A stretch of DNA of 64,000 nucleotides, taken from contig JAZQSE010000012.1 of the NCBI GenBank assembly GCA_045629945.1, positions 13,514-77,513 on the forward strand, read 5' to 3'. The notes beneath the pieces were generated by a model. That model worked only from the letters and a program-made list of their open reading frames with translations, was not told the DNA's origin and searched no databases. Position numbers and translations under genes: made by a program. Positions within the stretch are counted from its first letter, which is position 1. Each line of letters begins with the position of its first letter. Below, piece after piece: positions 47,080-57,799 of the stretch. The stretch comes from Fibrobacteraceae bacterium. GTDB taxonomy: Bacteria > Fibrobacterota > Fibrobacteria > Fibrobacterales > Fibrobacteraceae.

Positions 47080-48540
47080 ATGAAACGCGTTTATTTACTT
47101 ATCCCAACCGATAATCAAGTCCAGACTGACTCTCTTTTGGCATTGTCTCTTGAAACAGCCAAAACTTATGGAGCCTCTACTTCATTTTTACCTTTCTCCA
47201 CAGAAGCTTTGCCTAAAATAACAGAAGAACTTTCTAAAGGCAATGCTGCTGTTGTGATGGAAAATATTGCTCTTGATTTTTCCAACAAAACAAAAGATTC
47301 TTCTATCGTTATCGTAAAAGGTCTTTCTTTAGAAAATTCCCCCCTTGTTTCTCGTAAATTAAATGAGATGCTTGCGTTAGCTCTTGACGCTTCTGTTCTT
47401 TTAGTTGCATCAAAAGAACTTTCTTTAGAAACAGAATGTCTAGAAAAAGAACTTCAGGAAAATCGTGTCCGAGTCATTGCAAAAACAACTGAAAATGAAT
47501 TTTCTCAAAAACTAGAAGAAAACTTAAAAGCACCAGCAAAAGAACGTAAAATTTCTCAAGCTGAATTCAGAGCCAGTCTTCTTGTTCGTGCAGGCGCAAA
47601 TCTTAAAAGGATTGTTTTACCAGAAGGAACAGAGCCAAGAACTATTGAAGCCGCCATTCTTGCTTATGAACGTAAAATAGCCATTCCTGTTTTACTAGGA
47701 AACCGAAAAGAAATTGAAAATGTGGCCGAATCCAAGAACCTAAAAATTCCAGAAGGCCTTGAAATTATTGAAGTAAACGAAGAATCAGGTAAAAAATATA
47801 TCCCGACACTTGTTGAACTTCGCAAAGCAAAAGGCATGACTGAAGAATTAGCCACCAGTCTTTTAAAAGATTCAGTCTGGCTTGGCACCATGATGCTCAA
47901 AATGGGAGAAGTCGATGGTTTAGTGAGTGGCGCTGTTCATTCTACCGCCGATACTGTTCGCCCAGCACTTCAAATTATCAAAACGGCTAAGGGTGTAAAA
48001 TCTATCAGTTCAGTTTTCTTTATGTGCCTTCCTTCAGAGACTCTCGTCTATGGAGATTGCGCCATCACGCCTAATCCAGATGCAGAAACTCTTGCAACAA
48101 TTGCGGCACAATCAAATGACACAGCAAAAGCTTTCGGGCTCCCTGCTAGAGTTGCCATGCTCAGCTATAGCACCGGAAAATCGGGCAAAGGTGATGACGT
48201 GGATTTAGTTCTCGCCGCTTTAGAAATTCTTAAAAAAGAACGCCCGGACATTCTTGTCGACGGACCTCTTCAATACGACGCAGCATCTACAGAAAGTGTG
48301 GCCGAAAAGAAAATGCCAGGAAGCCCTGTCGCTGGTAAAGCTTCTGTATTTGTATTCCCTGATTTAAATTCGGGAAATATTTCTTACAAGGCTGTTCAAC
48401 GAAGCGCTCCAAACGTAATAAGTGTAGGCCCAATGCTTCAAGGTTTAGCTAAACCTGTCAACGACCTTTCTCGTGGAGCTCTTGTAGAAGACATTGTCTA
48501 TACAATTGCTCTCACGGCTATACAAGCTCAAGCTGAATAG
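47080..48540 (+). CDS. pta: Phosphate acetyltransferase
   Basis: C-terminal PTA_PTB domain: [47 protein letters not shown]. It carries an extra N-terminal domain of about 150 aa. Confidence 0.85.
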   Translation: MKRVYLLIPTDNQVQTDSLLALSLETAKTYGASTSFLPFSTEALPKITEELSKGNAAVVMENIALDFSNKTKDSSIVIVKGLSLENSPLVSRKLNEMLALALDASVLLVASKELSLETECLEKELQENRVRVIAKTTENEFSQKLEENLKAPAKERKISQAEFRASLLVRAGANLKRIVLPEGTEPRTIEAAILAYERKIAIPVLLGNRKEIENVAESKNLKIPEGLEIIEVNEESGKKYIPTLVELRKAKGMTEELATSLLKDSVWLGTMMLKMGEVDGLVSGAVHSTADTVRPALQIIKTAKGVKSISSVFFMCLPSETLVYGDCAITPNPDAETLATIAAQSNDTAKAFGLPARVAMLSYSTGKSGKGDDVDLVLAALEILKKERPDILVDGPLQYDAASTESVAEKKMPGSPVAGKASVFVFPDLNSGNISYKAVQRSAPNVISVGPMLQGLAKPVNDLSRGALVEDIVYTIALTAIQAQAE

Positions 48541-48564
48541 CATTAATTTAAAAAAAAGAAAAAA

Positions 48565-48600
48565 TAGGCTCTCTTTTCTTTTTTTGAGAGTCTATTTTTA
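48565..48600 (+). terminator. Possible terminator after pta
   Basis: TAGGCTCTC ... GAGAGTCTA stem (one G-U pair, 12-nt U-rich loop) followed by TTTTTA. Confidence 0.4.
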
Positions 48601-48613
48601 TATTTGGAAATAA

Positions 48614-50125
48614 ATGAATTCTTATTTATTACTCATTGCTGGTGTTCTAATTATATTAAGTGCTTTTGCTTCTAGAATCAGCACGCGCTTTGGCATCCCT
48701 GTTCTTCTTATCTTTATGGGTATTGGTATTTTAGCCGGCCCTGATTTTTTGAATCTCCTGCATTTTGATAGCCAAGAAACCGCTAGCACCATTGCAAACA
48801 TTGCATTAATGTTCATTCTTTTTGACAGTGGCTTCAATACAAAAAAAGCAAACCTTCACGCATTCGCCGGCCCTTCTCTCACGCTTGCGACTTTTGGCAT
48901 TTTAGCGACAACACTTATTTTAGGCTTTCTTATCCATCTTTTACTTGATCAAGATATTCTCTTTTCTTTAATGCTTGGAGCCATTATTTCTTCTACAGAC
49001 GCAGCCGCCGTTATGACTGTTTTAAGAGAACGCCCCATTCAAAAGAAAATTTCTTCGACTCTCGAAATTGAATCCGCTGCAAACGACCCCATGGCTATTC
49101 TTCTCACTCTTTTTATGATAAACTTGATTCAAAATGCTGGGAATGCCACCACAGGAGATTACGTTTTCTTTGTACTGCAACTCATCTGGCAATTTGCCGG
49201 AGGTATTCTCATTGCTTTTGCTGCAAGTAAAATCGGCGTTAAAATTTACAACCATTTCAAAAGTGAAAATCTCGGTCTTTTTTATGTTCTTTATATAGGT
49301 ATTCTTTTTGCTACTTACAGTTCTGCAGACCTTTTAAAAGCAAATGGTATCATCGCTATATTTTTTGCCGGCTATTGGCTAGGTAACCAAAGGTTTGTTT
49401 TCAAACGAGGCGTTTCTCACTTTGTTTCAGCCCTTTCCTCATTCGCTAATATGTGCGTGTTCTTGCTCCTTGGTATCCTTGTTGTGCCTCATTTAATGAT
49501 AAACGTCTGGTGGGAAGGCATTATACTAGCAATTGTTTTAATTTTCATTGCCCGCCCATTAGCCGTTCTTTTAAGTTTACTCCCTTTCAAATACAAATGG
49601 AAAGAACAGACATTTATTGCTTGGGGCGGTTTAAAAGGAGCTGTTCCTGTTGTACTTGCCACATACCCGGCAGCTTATGGATTAGACCCCGATAATTTTG
49701 TTTTCAATATTGTTTTCTTTGTAGTTACTCTTTCTTGTCTTATTCAAGGGACAACGCTTTCTCCTTTCGCCAAAACACTCGGTTTTTCAGTCCCTAAAAA
49801 CAGGCACTCTCCGTATTTCATGGAACTTTTCTCTTTGGCGCAAACTAATTTTGAAGTGATGGACGTTCAGATTACAGAATCAGCTCCTTATGACATCAAA
49901 ACGCAAAAACCATGGCATAAATCCAAAATTAAAGAATTAACACTTAAAAGGATTCAAGAAGCCACTGAAGAAAAAAACGAAAACAGTTCTGTTGTTATTA
50001 CAGCTATTGTTCGAAATAAAAAAATCATTTCTCCAAATGGTGAAACGAGACTCAAATCAGGTGACATTCTTTTCTTATTGGGAACGCACGAAAGTTTAGA
50101 AGAATTTGTTCCTGGACAAAGTTAA
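48614..50125 (+). CDS. CPA1-family cation/proton antiporter (NhaP2/CvrA-like) with a C-terminal RCK/TrkA-C domain
   Basis: About 12 TM helices, with FILFDSGFNT and ESAANDPMAILL blocks. The soluble C-terminal tail carries KSGDILFLLG. Confidence 0.8.
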   Translation: MNSYLLLIAGVLIILSAFASRISTRFGIPVLLIFMGIGILAGPDFLNLLHFDSQETASTIANIALMFILFDSGFNTKKANLHAFAGPSLTLATFGILATTLILGFLIHLLLDQDILFSLMLGAIISSTDAAAVMTVLRERPIQKKISSTLEIESAANDPMAILLTLFMINLIQNAGNATTGDYVFFVLQLIWQFAGGILIAFAASKIGVKIYNHFKSENLGLFYVLYIGILFATYSSADLLKANGIIAIFFAGYWLGNQRFVFKRGVSHFVSALSSFANMCVFLLLGILVVPHLMINVWWEGIILAIVLIFIARPLAVLLSLLPFKYKWKEQTFIAWGGLKGAVPVVLATYPAAYGLDPDNFVFNIVFFVVTLSCLIQGTTLSPFAKTLGFSVPKNRHSPYFMELFSLAQTNFEVMDVQITESAPYDIKTQKPWHKSKIKELTLKRIQEATEEKNENSSVVITAIVRNKKIISPNGETRLKSGDILFLLGTHESLEEFVPGQS

Positions 50126-50133
50126 TTTGAACT

Positions 50134-50895
50134 TCAATTTCGTTTGGCTTTTACTTTTTTCAACAATTCTTTTAAATGCCATCGACCGCGTTTATCTTCT
50201 AAAAAGAAATCCGTTCTGACACCTAACTCCAAACCCTGCTGGATAATTTTTTCAGCATTATCATATTCTTTTCTATCAAAATAAAGTTCTCCTAGAAAAA
50301 AATACGAATAAGGATCTTTGGATTGATTTTTTACAGCTAATCGCAAATATTTTAAAGCCAGTTCTTTATCCGGCCAAGGCAAAATCAAAGGAATATAAGG
50401 TAATAACTGGTGAGAACGTCCTAAAATCTGATAATCGCCGGCACTATCTGCTAAATCTCGGACCCGGGCAGCAACACCTTGTTTTACAGCTTTTAATGGT
50501 CCAATACTTGCCCCCCACATTGACACAATCGTGGCATACAAACTTGTCATTTCTTTATTTTTAGGAAATCTTGCATGTAACGTATCCCCAAGAGTTTTAG
50601 CAGACGCAATCAATTTATTTTTTTCTTTTTCATTTTTTGTTGCAAAACGAATCCGAAAATATTCACTTCGCATTATCCCAAGAGCGGCTTTCTCTGCCAA
50701 AAGAGAATCTTGCAAAAGTGACTTATAAAGATTTATGGTTTTATCTATCTGAGAACGATTGGCTTTATCACCTTTTGCTTTATTTGCTCGCGTTGCATAA
50801 CAAGAATCAGCCACAAAAAGAACTCTCGCCGGGTCGGCTACAGAAAAAGTCCAACAGCATAAAAGTACTGTTGCTAATCTAAACAGTCCCGACAT
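50134..50895 (-). CDS. TPR-like secreted or lipoprotein, unknown function
   Basis: Signal peptide MSGLFRLATVLLCCWTFSVA and a TPR-like YFFLGELYFDRKEYDNAEKIIQQGLELG. Confidence 0.5.
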   Translation of the reverse strand: MSGLFRLATVLLCCWTFSVADPARVLFVADSCYATRANKAKGDKANRSQIDKTINLYKSLLQDSLLAEKAALGIMRSEYFRIRFATKNEKEKNKLIASAKTLGDTLHARFPKNKEMTSLYATIVSMWGASIGPLKAVKQGVAARVRDLADSAGDYQILGRSHQLLPYIPLILPWPDKELALKYLRLAVKNQSKDPYSYFFLGELYFDRKEYDNAEKIIQQGLELGVRTDFFLEDKRGRWHLKELLKKVKAKRN

Positions 50896-50908
50896 AATTC
50901 TCTGAATA

Positions 50909-51052
50909 TTAAATTTTCCAACTTTGCAACAATTTATTCAACTGGCCTATACGTGCTTTTTCTTCAGCCGTTCCATGAAACGCTTTAAATAGCAAATTCC
51001 GGTATTCCATAAGGGCCGTTCGAATTAAAATTTTTTCTTCTCTTTTCAACAT
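50909..51052 (-). CDS. Possible 47-aa small protein (below ORF-track cutoff)
   Basis: ATG 51052 preceded by GAGGGA: MLKREEKILIRTALMEYRNLLFKAFHGTAEEKARIGQLNKLLQSWKI. It fills the pfk / TPR-gene gap on the same strand. Confidence 0.3.
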   Translation of the reverse strand: MLKREEKILIRTALMEYRNLLFKAFHGTAEEKARIGQLNKLLQSWKI

Positions 51053-51064
51053 AGTCCCTCGCTT

Positions 51065-52414
51065 TTATTTGTTTTTTCCCTTATACTTTCCTGAAAAATA
51101 ATCTTGTTGACGAGTCGCACCAAGAACAGCATGCCAAAGAACTCCTGCCGGGTCAATTTTACGACGTTCACTGACAGCAAATTCTATTGGAACATGTGTA
51201 AAAGCCCCATTCATGCTACCTACAACCATATTCGTTTTCCCAGCCATTGCCGCATGAACCGCGTTTTCTGCCAACTGGTAACAAAAAATAGCGTCCGTTC
51301 CTTTTGCCGGAATACTGCGAACTGTATAACTCGGGTCAAAATATTTGACATTGATTTCTTTACCTACTTTTGCAAAGTGAGCTTTGATCTTTTCGTAAAG
51401 GAATTCTCCAATATCATTTTTCAAAAGATTACCACTTGCATCTCGGCGTTCTTGCTGGTTTTCAAAGAAATACTGACCAGCACCTTCAGCAACAACAAGG
51501 ACAGCGTGCTTTTTCCCAATATCGTAACGATTTTCAAGAGCCTGTAAAAGACCACCATCTCCTTCTAATTGGAATGGAACTTCTGGCACAAGACAGAAAT
51601 TCACAACAGTCGTTGCCAAAGCCGCATAAGCAGCAATAAAACCGGAATCCCGTCCCATCAATTTAACAAGGCCAAGCCCATTAAAAGCGCCATTCGCTTC
51701 TGTATGAGCACTGGTAATCACATCTGTTGCGGCAAGAACTGCTGTTTCAAAACCAAATGTTCTATCCACCAGATTCAAATCGTTATCAATTGTTTTTGGA
51801 ATACCGACAACTGAAATAGGCTGACGACGGCGTTTAATTTCTGCAGCAATATCTTTTGCTCCACGTAAAGTTCCATCGCCACCGATACAAAACAACATAT
51901 TGATATTTAATCGCATCAAGGTGTCCACCATCACCTTGGTATCCTGATTACCGCGAGAACTTCCAAGAATCGTACCACCATCTTCTTGAATAGCATCTAC
52001 AACTTCTGGCGTTAAAACAACCGGCGAATAACCATAATCCGGATTCAATCCACGATAGCCATACGGAATGCCAAAAATATTTCTGACACCATAATCAAAC
52101 CAAAGCACTTGAACAAGGCTCTTGATAACATTATTCAAACCAGGGCACAACCCACCACAAGTAACAATAGCTGCACGTGTCCAGCTCGGATCATGAAAAA
52201 TAGTTTCTCTTGGGCCAGCCGCTTCTAAAGAAGGTATTGATAAATTTTCTGCTTTCAATTTATCCAATGTCTGCATATCCGTTGTAAGGCAAACTCTCTG
52301 TTCATCACTGACAAAGCGCACGCCACTCATAGGCGAACGTAAAGTCCCTGTTCCAACCGTTTCAATGGATAAATCATATTCTTGAGGATTTTGAATAATA
52401 TCTTCTTTTTTCAT
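51065..52414 (-). CDS. pfkA: 6-phosphofructokinase, long PfkA-family form (phosphoryl donor not decidable here)
   Basis: TCGGLCPGLNNVI, CIGGDGTLRG, PKTIDNDL and MGRDSGF. Confidence 0.85.
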   Translation of the reverse strand: MKKEDIIQNPQEYDLSIETVGTGTLRSPMSGVRFVSDEQRVCLTTDMQTLDKLKAENLSIPSLEAAGPRETIFHDPSWTRAAIVTCGGLCPGLNNVIKSLVQVLWFDYGVRNIFGIPYGYRGLNPDYGYSPVVLTPEVVDAIQEDGGTILGSSRGNQDTKVMVDTLMRLNINMLFCIGGDGTLRGAKDIAAEIKRRRQPISVVGIPKTIDNDLNLVDRTFGFETAVLAATDVITSAHTEANGAFNGLGLVKLMGRDSGFIAAYAALATTVVNFCLVPEVPFQLEGDGGLLQALENRYDIGKKHAVLVVAEGAGQYFFENQQERRDASGNLLKNDIGEFLYEKIKAHFAKVGKEINVKYFDPSYTVRSIPAKGTDAIFCYQLAENAVHAAMAGKTNMVVGSMNGAFTHVPIEFAVSERRKIDPAGVLWHAVLGATRQQDYFSGKYKGKNK

Positions 52415-52470
52415 TTCGTTACCCCGATTTAACGCCTTAAATTTAATAAACCATTTTAAATAAAAACCAT

Positions 52471-54261
52471 TTAAATTGAAATGGAAGAAAAATGTATTTT
52501 TGTTCTAAGCCCAGGATTTGCATTTTCCATTTCAATTCGCATATTTGTCAAAGAACAAAGCTTTTTCACCATAGAAAGTCCGATACCCGTTCCTTTTGTC
52601 GTTCTTGTCATTTCATCTTCAACACGATAAAATTCTTCAAAAACTTTATTCATTTCACTTGGCGGAATTCCCGGGCCATAATCGCGAACCGCAAAATAAA
52701 TATCACCATCCTGAACCGCTAAACGCAATTCAATCATTTTATATCGGGCGTTTTTGGCAAACTTAATCGAGTTATCCACTAGATTCATCAAAATTTGCAT
52801 AATAGCATCTTTATCCATCAAGACTTCTAAATTACAAGTGTCACAAGAAACGGTTAAATCAAATCCATTATTTTCAATATTTTTCCCATAGGTTGCCACA
52901 AAATCATCAAGAACTACTTTAGGGTTCCCTTTTCTCATCTGAACAGCCCAGCTATTTCTATCTAGTTTAGACAAGTTCAACACATTCTGAATCAAACGAG
53001 AAAGTCTCTCTGTTTCAGAAGCAATTAAGCTATAGTACTTTTGTTTTTTTTCTTCACTGGCACACCAAGAATTCTGAAGCATTTCTGCATACATCCGAAT
53101 CGCCGTCAATGGTGTTTTCAATTCATGACTTACAGCAGAAATAAAATCTTGACGTTTACTTGCTAACTGCAACTGCGTTCTCATCAAGCGATACAAAGCC
53201 AAAAGACCGCCACCAAGAATCGCAAACATCAAAAAGCCAAACACAAGAACCATGCTTTCTCCAGGAGCACTTCCTTTTTGAGAAAGAAATACATGTAAAA
53301 ACATATCGTTCAATGGGTATTGTAAAGGCGCTTTAAAAATCATTTCTGAATTATTAGAGCGTTTTCCAAACAAGACCAAAGGCAAAGTTTTAGAAGAAAA
53401 TTCCAACAAGAGTTCTTGTTCTTGTGGCGAGAAAATATTTTCTTTCCGGACAATTGATTCAAAATAATCTTTTAATTTAACCACATAACCTTGAATAAAC
53501 TGTTCGCTATCTCTTGTTACATTACGATAAAAAACAATATAATCTCTATTAAAATGGGCCTGGAATGGGTCTATTTTCACCACTATCAGATTTTGTCTGG
53601 ATTCTGATTCATCGCCATTTCCTGTAAGTTTTCTTATTCTAGAAGATTCAACATCAAAAACAAATGTTTCTTTTTGCGAACTTTCTTCTATGCGAGAAGT
53701 AAAACCGCTTTCTATGTTACGTTTTCCATCTAATTGCAAATCGTGCTGGTAAAGCCTATCCAATAAAGCTTTTGAAGAATCTAAAGAACGTTCTGGTTCT
53801 GGTAATGGAGTAACCCGAATATCCATTCGTTTAATAATGGATTTCAAAGTATCGCGGACTTGTTCTCTTTCTGCTCTGTCTTCCATAGCAATGTTTTCTA
53901 AAAAACCATCTGGCAAAACAGGCGTTTGAACAGAGCCATCAGCAAACAACTGGAAATACCCGACAATCCCATGATAGCCACTACGAATAGGCATTTCTGC
54001 AAGTGGCGAAATAGTAACTTCTTCACCACCAAGAACCGGAACTGTCCGGATAAAACGATAATCAGAATAAGAACGTTTTTCTTCTACTGCTAAATCAGAA
54101 TGGATTCTGTCATTTAGCATTTTCAAAACTAAATATGCGTGTTCTTGATACGCATATTGTGCCCCTAGTTGTATCTGTGAAAACGACCGGGATAGTAATA
54201 TCCCGACCGGAATTGCAATGGCCAGAAAAACGACCAGAAAAATTAATTGTATTCGATTCAT
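52471..54261 (-). CDS. Two-component sensor histidine kinase
   Basis: Two TM helices flank a periplasmic domain of about 300 aa. H-box SAVSHELKTPLTAI and the ATPase G-box GTGIGLSMV. Confidence 0.88.
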   Translation of the reverse strand: MNRIQLIFLVVFLAIAIPVGILLSRSFSQIQLGAQYAYQEHAYLVLKMLNDRIHSDLAVEEKRSYSDYRFIRTVPVLGGEEVTISPLAEMPIRSGYHGIVGYFQLFADGSVQTPVLPDGFLENIAMEDRAEREQVRDTLKSIIKRMDIRVTPLPEPERSLDSSKALLDRLYQHDLQLDGKRNIESGFTSRIEESSQKETFVFDVESSRIRKLTGNGDESESRQNLIVVKIDPFQAHFNRDYIVFYRNVTRDSEQFIQGYVVKLKDYFESIVRKENIFSPQEQELLLEFSSKTLPLVLFGKRSNNSEMIFKAPLQYPLNDMFLHVFLSQKGSAPGESMVLVFGFLMFAILGGGLLALYRLMRTQLQLASKRQDFISAVSHELKTPLTAIRMYAEMLQNSWCASEEKKQKYYSLIASETERLSRLIQNVLNLSKLDRNSWAVQMRKGNPKVVLDDFVATYGKNIENNGFDLTVSCDTCNLEVLMDKDAIMQILMNLVDNSIKFAKNARYKMIELRLAVQDGDIYFAVRDYGPGIPPSEMNKVFEEFYRVEDEMTRTTKGTGIGLSMVKKLCSLTNMRIEMENANPGLRTKIHFSSISI

Positions 54262-54971
54262 TCAGAAGTTACGCGGAACTGATAACCTTCTCCGCGGAAC
54301 GTTACCAGCAATTGCGGGTGAGACGTATCATCTTCTATTTTCTTACGAAGTTTTGTTATGTGAATATCAACTGTTCTTGTATCTACAGATTCTGCATTTT
54401 CGTAATCCCACACTTCACGAAGAAGTTCAGCTCTTGAAACCACTCTATCTCTGTTTTTCCAAAGATATTCCAAGATTTCAATTTCTTTGCGAGTAAATTG
54501 CAATTCTTCTGAGCCACGCATGCCTGCATATTCACGGAAATTAACACGCAAGTTTCCAGCGACTAATTTTCCATCGCCTTCAATAGGCTGGCGACTACGG
54601 CGCAATACTGCAGAAATTCTTGCTAAAAGCATTGGCACAGAGAACGGTTTTGCCACATAATCATCTGCGCCATACTTCAATCCATTAATGATATCATCGT
54701 CGGAATTTTTTGCTGAAAGAATAATGATTGGAAGGCATTTATCTTGTTCACGAATTTTATCACAAACTGTAAAACCATCTAAACCAGGCAACATAAGGTC
54801 AAGCAAAACCAAGCCATACTTTCCACTTAATGCTTCAGCAAGGCCAGATTCACCATCAGCAACATGTTTAACATTGTAGCCATTCATTTCGCAAAGATCA
54901 ACAAGACCTTCTGCAATAGCTAATTCATCTTCTACAATTAATACAGAGATGGATTTTGTTTCATTTGTCAT
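54258..54971 (-). CDS. OmpR-family response regulator
   Basis: Receiver domain VLIVEDE...DLMLPGLDG...SAK, and winged-helix TRTVDIHITKLRKK. 4-nt overlap with the kinase gene. Confidence 0.9.
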   Translation of the reverse strand: MTNETKSISVLIVEDELAIAEGLVDLCEMNGYNVKHVADGESGLAEALSGKYGLVLLDLMLPGLDGFTVCDKIREQDKCLPIIILSAKNSDDDIINGLKYGADDYVAKPFSVPMLLARISAVLRRSRQPIEGDGKLVAGNLRVNFREYAGMRGSEELQFTRKEIEILEYLWKNRDRVVSRAELLREVWDYENAESVDTRTVDIHITKLRKKIEDDTSHPQLLVTFRGEGYQFRVTSE

Positions 54972-54996
54972 ATCGAACCTTCTTTAAAAACTTTTA

Positions 54997-55785
54997 TTAA
55001 AGTGCAAACCCTACACCCACTTCTACAGCATGGCGACCAAATTCAATTTCGTCATCAAATTCGCCACCAAAATAATATTTGTAGTTAGCATAAGCAGCTA
55101 TTGGAATAATAGGGAGTTTGGCTCTCATCCCAACCAAAATATGTCCACCAATACCAGTACTCAAACCTTCGTCGGTCAAAGCATCAGACAAATCATTTGC
55201 TAATTGTTTAGCTTCTTCTGGTGTTAAATTTTCCGGGTTCAAAAGAACTTTACCAGTACTTTCCATGAACTTACCCACAAAACTATCAGAAAGAACCGGA
55301 GTACTTAAATAGTAGGTAACACCGCCACCGATATAAGGGCGAATAACCGGCAAGAATGTAATTGGATAAGTAATAGAAAGGTCGCCATTCATAGAAACAA
55401 ACTTAGGAGAAGCTTTACCAAAAGGAACTCCGTCAAATTCAAGTTCTATTTTTTGTTTTTTGATTAAAGCGCCATCAGGACCATACATTGACAAAGCGGC
55501 ATCATAAGAACCGAATTGAATGTTGTAAGTTGCTTCAACGTCAATGATAGGTAAAATATCTATCCAAAGTTTAAGACCAAAACCTTGCATATCAGAGAAA
55601 CTACCATGAGCATATTTTACGTTCCCTAAATTGCCCGCTTCTGAATCCAAAGAAAGCACTTCTTTTTCTGTTGTGGATTTTAATTCTGTTCCAAAATTTG
55701 GGGCATAATGGAAACCAAGCCCGATAATAGCAAAAGATTGCGAAACACAAAAAGCAGCAGCTGCAGCTATAATTTTGAAGTTCAT
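54997..55785 (-). CDS. Outer-membrane beta-barrel protein, unknown function
   Basis: Signal peptide MNFKIIAAAAAFCVSQSFA and amphipathic strands. It lies upstream in the same strand block as the two-component pair. Confidence 0.55.
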   Translation of the reverse strand: MNFKIIAAAAAFCVSQSFAIIGLGFHYAPNFGTELKSTTEKEVLSLDSEAGNLGNVKYAHGSFSDMQGFGLKLWIDILPIIDVEATYNIQFGSYDAALSMYGPDGALIKKQKIELEFDGVPFGKASPKFVSMNGDLSITYPITFLPVIRPYIGGGVTYYLSTPVLSDSFVGKFMESTGKVLLNPENLTPEEAKQLANDLSDALTDEGLSTGIGGHILVGMRAKLPIIPIAAYANYKYYFGGEFDDEIEFGRHAVEVGVGFAL

Positions 55786-55896
55786 GTTTTTCTCCTATTT
55801 ACAGAACCCTTTGAATTTATATAAATATTTCCATTATGCACATATTTTTTTTGCATCCCCACATAAAAGGCCTATTTCAATTAAAAAAAACGCTTT

Positions 55897-56616
55897 TTAA
55901 AGCAAATAATCCATCCGGATATGCCGCATACTTTCAAAAAGATTGCGTTTTAATGTCGATTTTCCCATTGTCAACGTTTCTATTTGTTCTCGAATTAAAC
56001 GCCGATTGCTATTTCCAGCAGCAATACACTTGCAAGATGGGCATTCTAAACCCATTTCCTGAACAAATTCTGTAATTTCAATTTCTTCGCAATAACAAAG
56101 TGGACGAATTACCGATACGGGGTATTTTTCGTAAGGGACAAATGGAGGCATTCCCGAAAATTCACCTTTATAAAGCATATTCATCAGAAGTGTTTCAAGA
56201 ATATCGTCTAAATGGTGCCCTAAAGCTATTTTGTTAAAACCATTTTCTTTGGCAAATTTTATAAGTTCTGTCCTTCGCTGCGTACTACACCAATAACAAT
56301 TTAAACGCTCTCCATCTTTCAAGCGCCCTTCAATCGCTATATCAAGATAATAAATCGGAATGTTTACTAACGCTTCTAGACTCTTAACAAAATTTTTAGG
56401 CGCTTTATCTCCAAAATCACTTTGAATATGCAAACCGGCCAATTCAAAAGGCGCACCAAATTTCCCAAGTCTTGAAAATAGAGAAAGTAAAAGGGCTGTA
56501 GAATCTTTTCCACCACTTAGTCCAACAAGAACTCTATCCCCTTCATTTATCATCGGGAAATCAAATAACGCTTTCGTTATTTTTTTACTTATTCTTTTCC
56601 GGATATTTGATGCCAT
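55897..56616 (-). CDS. ttcA: PP-loop ATPase, tRNA 2-thiocytidine synthase TtcA-like
   Basis: VGLSGGKDS PP-loop plus the Cys motifs CYWC and CPSCKC. Confidence 0.7.
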   Translation of the reverse strand: MASNIRKRISKKITKALFDFPMINEGDRVLVGLSGGKDSTALLLSLFSRLGKFGAPFELAGLHIQSDFGDKAPKNFVKSLEALVNIPIYYLDIAIEGRLKDGERLNCYWCSTQRRTELIKFAKENGFNKIALGHHLDDILETLLMNMLYKGEFSGMPPFVPYEKYPVSVIRPLCYCEEIEITEFVQEMGLECPSCKCIAAGNSNRRLIREQIETLTMGKSTLKRNLFESMRHIRMDYLL

Positions 56617-56642
56617 AAAAGAAAGGGCTCCTGAGAGCCCTT
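56617..56642 (-). terminator. Intrinsic terminator after dnaN
   Basis: GGGCTC-TCAG-GAGCCC on the minus strand followed by TTTCTTTT. Confidence 0.6.
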
Positions 56643-56659
56643 CAATAAAAGGTTAAAAA

Positions 56660-57784
56660 TTATTCGTCACCAAAGTCACGAAGTGGCATAAGCAAGAACG
56701 AGAAGTTCAAGTCATCACCAACCGGTTCAATGACACTAGCGCCTTTAGAACCAGTCATCTTAATTTTAACTTGTTCTGTTTTACACATGCTCAAGATATC
56801 TGCCAAGAACTGGCCATTGAAGCCAATGCAGAAAGATCCTTCGCCTTCGTGTGCTACTGCTAATTCTTCACAAGAGAAACCACCGCTTTCAGAATCTGTT
56901 GCAGTCAATTCCAAAGAAGAGTCCTGTATCTGTAAACGAATTTTACGAGTACGAAGACTTGCCATAGAAATCACACAACGAATTTTATTGATAAGTTCAG
57001 AAGTCGGCACTTGAATGACATGTGTAAAATTCTGAGGAATTACATTCTTATACGGAACGTATTTACCTTCTACCAATTTTGAATACATTTGAACATTGTC
57101 ATACAAGAACAAAACATAAGTCTGAGAAATACGAATTTCTACAACTGCATCACTAGGAACGCTCTTCAAGAAGTTACGCAAAACCTTCGGAGAAATAATC
57201 ACGCCTTGGTTTAAAGAAGCATTTTCCAAATCCAAAGATGCAAGCCCTAAACGATGACTGTCAGTCCCAACCATTGTGACTCGGTTGTTTTCTGTTTCAA
57301 GATAAACACCGCTCATTGCAATACGACTTATATCGGTAGAAACGGCAAAAGCTGTTTTTTCTACAAGGAAAGCCAATTCAGAAGCATTCATGTGCAAAAC
57401 GGAATCTTCACTCACTTCTGGGAATGCAGGGAATTCAGAGACATCAAAGCCAGTCAATGTAGAATAGCCTCTTTCACTCCAACGCACATTCACTACATAA
57501 TCTTGAACATCAAAACTTACCGTAGTAATACTTGGTTCTACAAGGCTTGTAACCAAGTCTAACAAGCGACGAGCGTTCACGATGATACCACCATCCCGTT
57601 CACCATCTACTTCTACCGTCTGAAGAATCCCCTGGTCCAGGTCCGTTGCTCCGACTTCAAGGACATTACCTTCTAGTCGAAATGAAAAGTTGTGGAGAAC
57701 TGGAATAGTTGCTCTACTAGGAACCACACTTATTAAAGTCTGGAGAACATCTTGTAAAACCGACTTCTGTATATGAAATTTCAT
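56660..57784 (-). CDS. dnaN: DNA polymerase III beta sliding clamp
   Basis: 374 aa. MKFHIQKSVLQDVLQTL, three-domain repeat length, and C-terminal LLMPLR. Confidence 0.88.
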   Translation of the reverse strand: MKFHIQKSVLQDVLQTLISVVPSRATIPVLHNFSFRLEGNVLEVGATDLDQGILQTVEVDGERDGGIIVNARRLLDLVTSLVEPSITTVSFDVQDYVVNVRWSERGYSTLTGFDVSEFPAFPEVSEDSVLHMNASELAFLVEKTAFAVSTDISRIAMSGVYLETENNRVTMVGTDSHRLGLASLDLENASLNQGVIISPKVLRNFLKSVPSDAVVEIRISQTYVLFLYDNVQMYSKLVEGKYVPYKNVIPQNFTHVIQVPTSELINKIRCVISMASLRTRKIRLQIQDSSLELTATDSESGGFSCEELAVAHEGEGSFCIGFNGQFLADILSMCKTEQVKIKMTGSKGASVIEPVGDDLNFSFLLMPLRDFGDE

Positions 57785-57799
57785 GATGGACCTTTCTTT

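Noticed and set aside
51104-51814. Plus-strand ORFs 51104-51547, 51436-51639 and 51569-51814. Similar antisense ORFs occur inside nhaA (25310-25555, 25958-26299), sprA, the helicase and the phosphomutase gene.
   Set aside because: All lie antisense or out of frame within genes that have clear family motifs. None has an RBS or a recognisable domain.
51065-52414. Calling the phosphofructokinase PPi-dependent.
   Set aside because: The GGDGT motif (Gly rather than Asp) argues for ATP use, while the long-form architecture is often PPi-linked. I cannot decide from sequence by eye and left the donor open.
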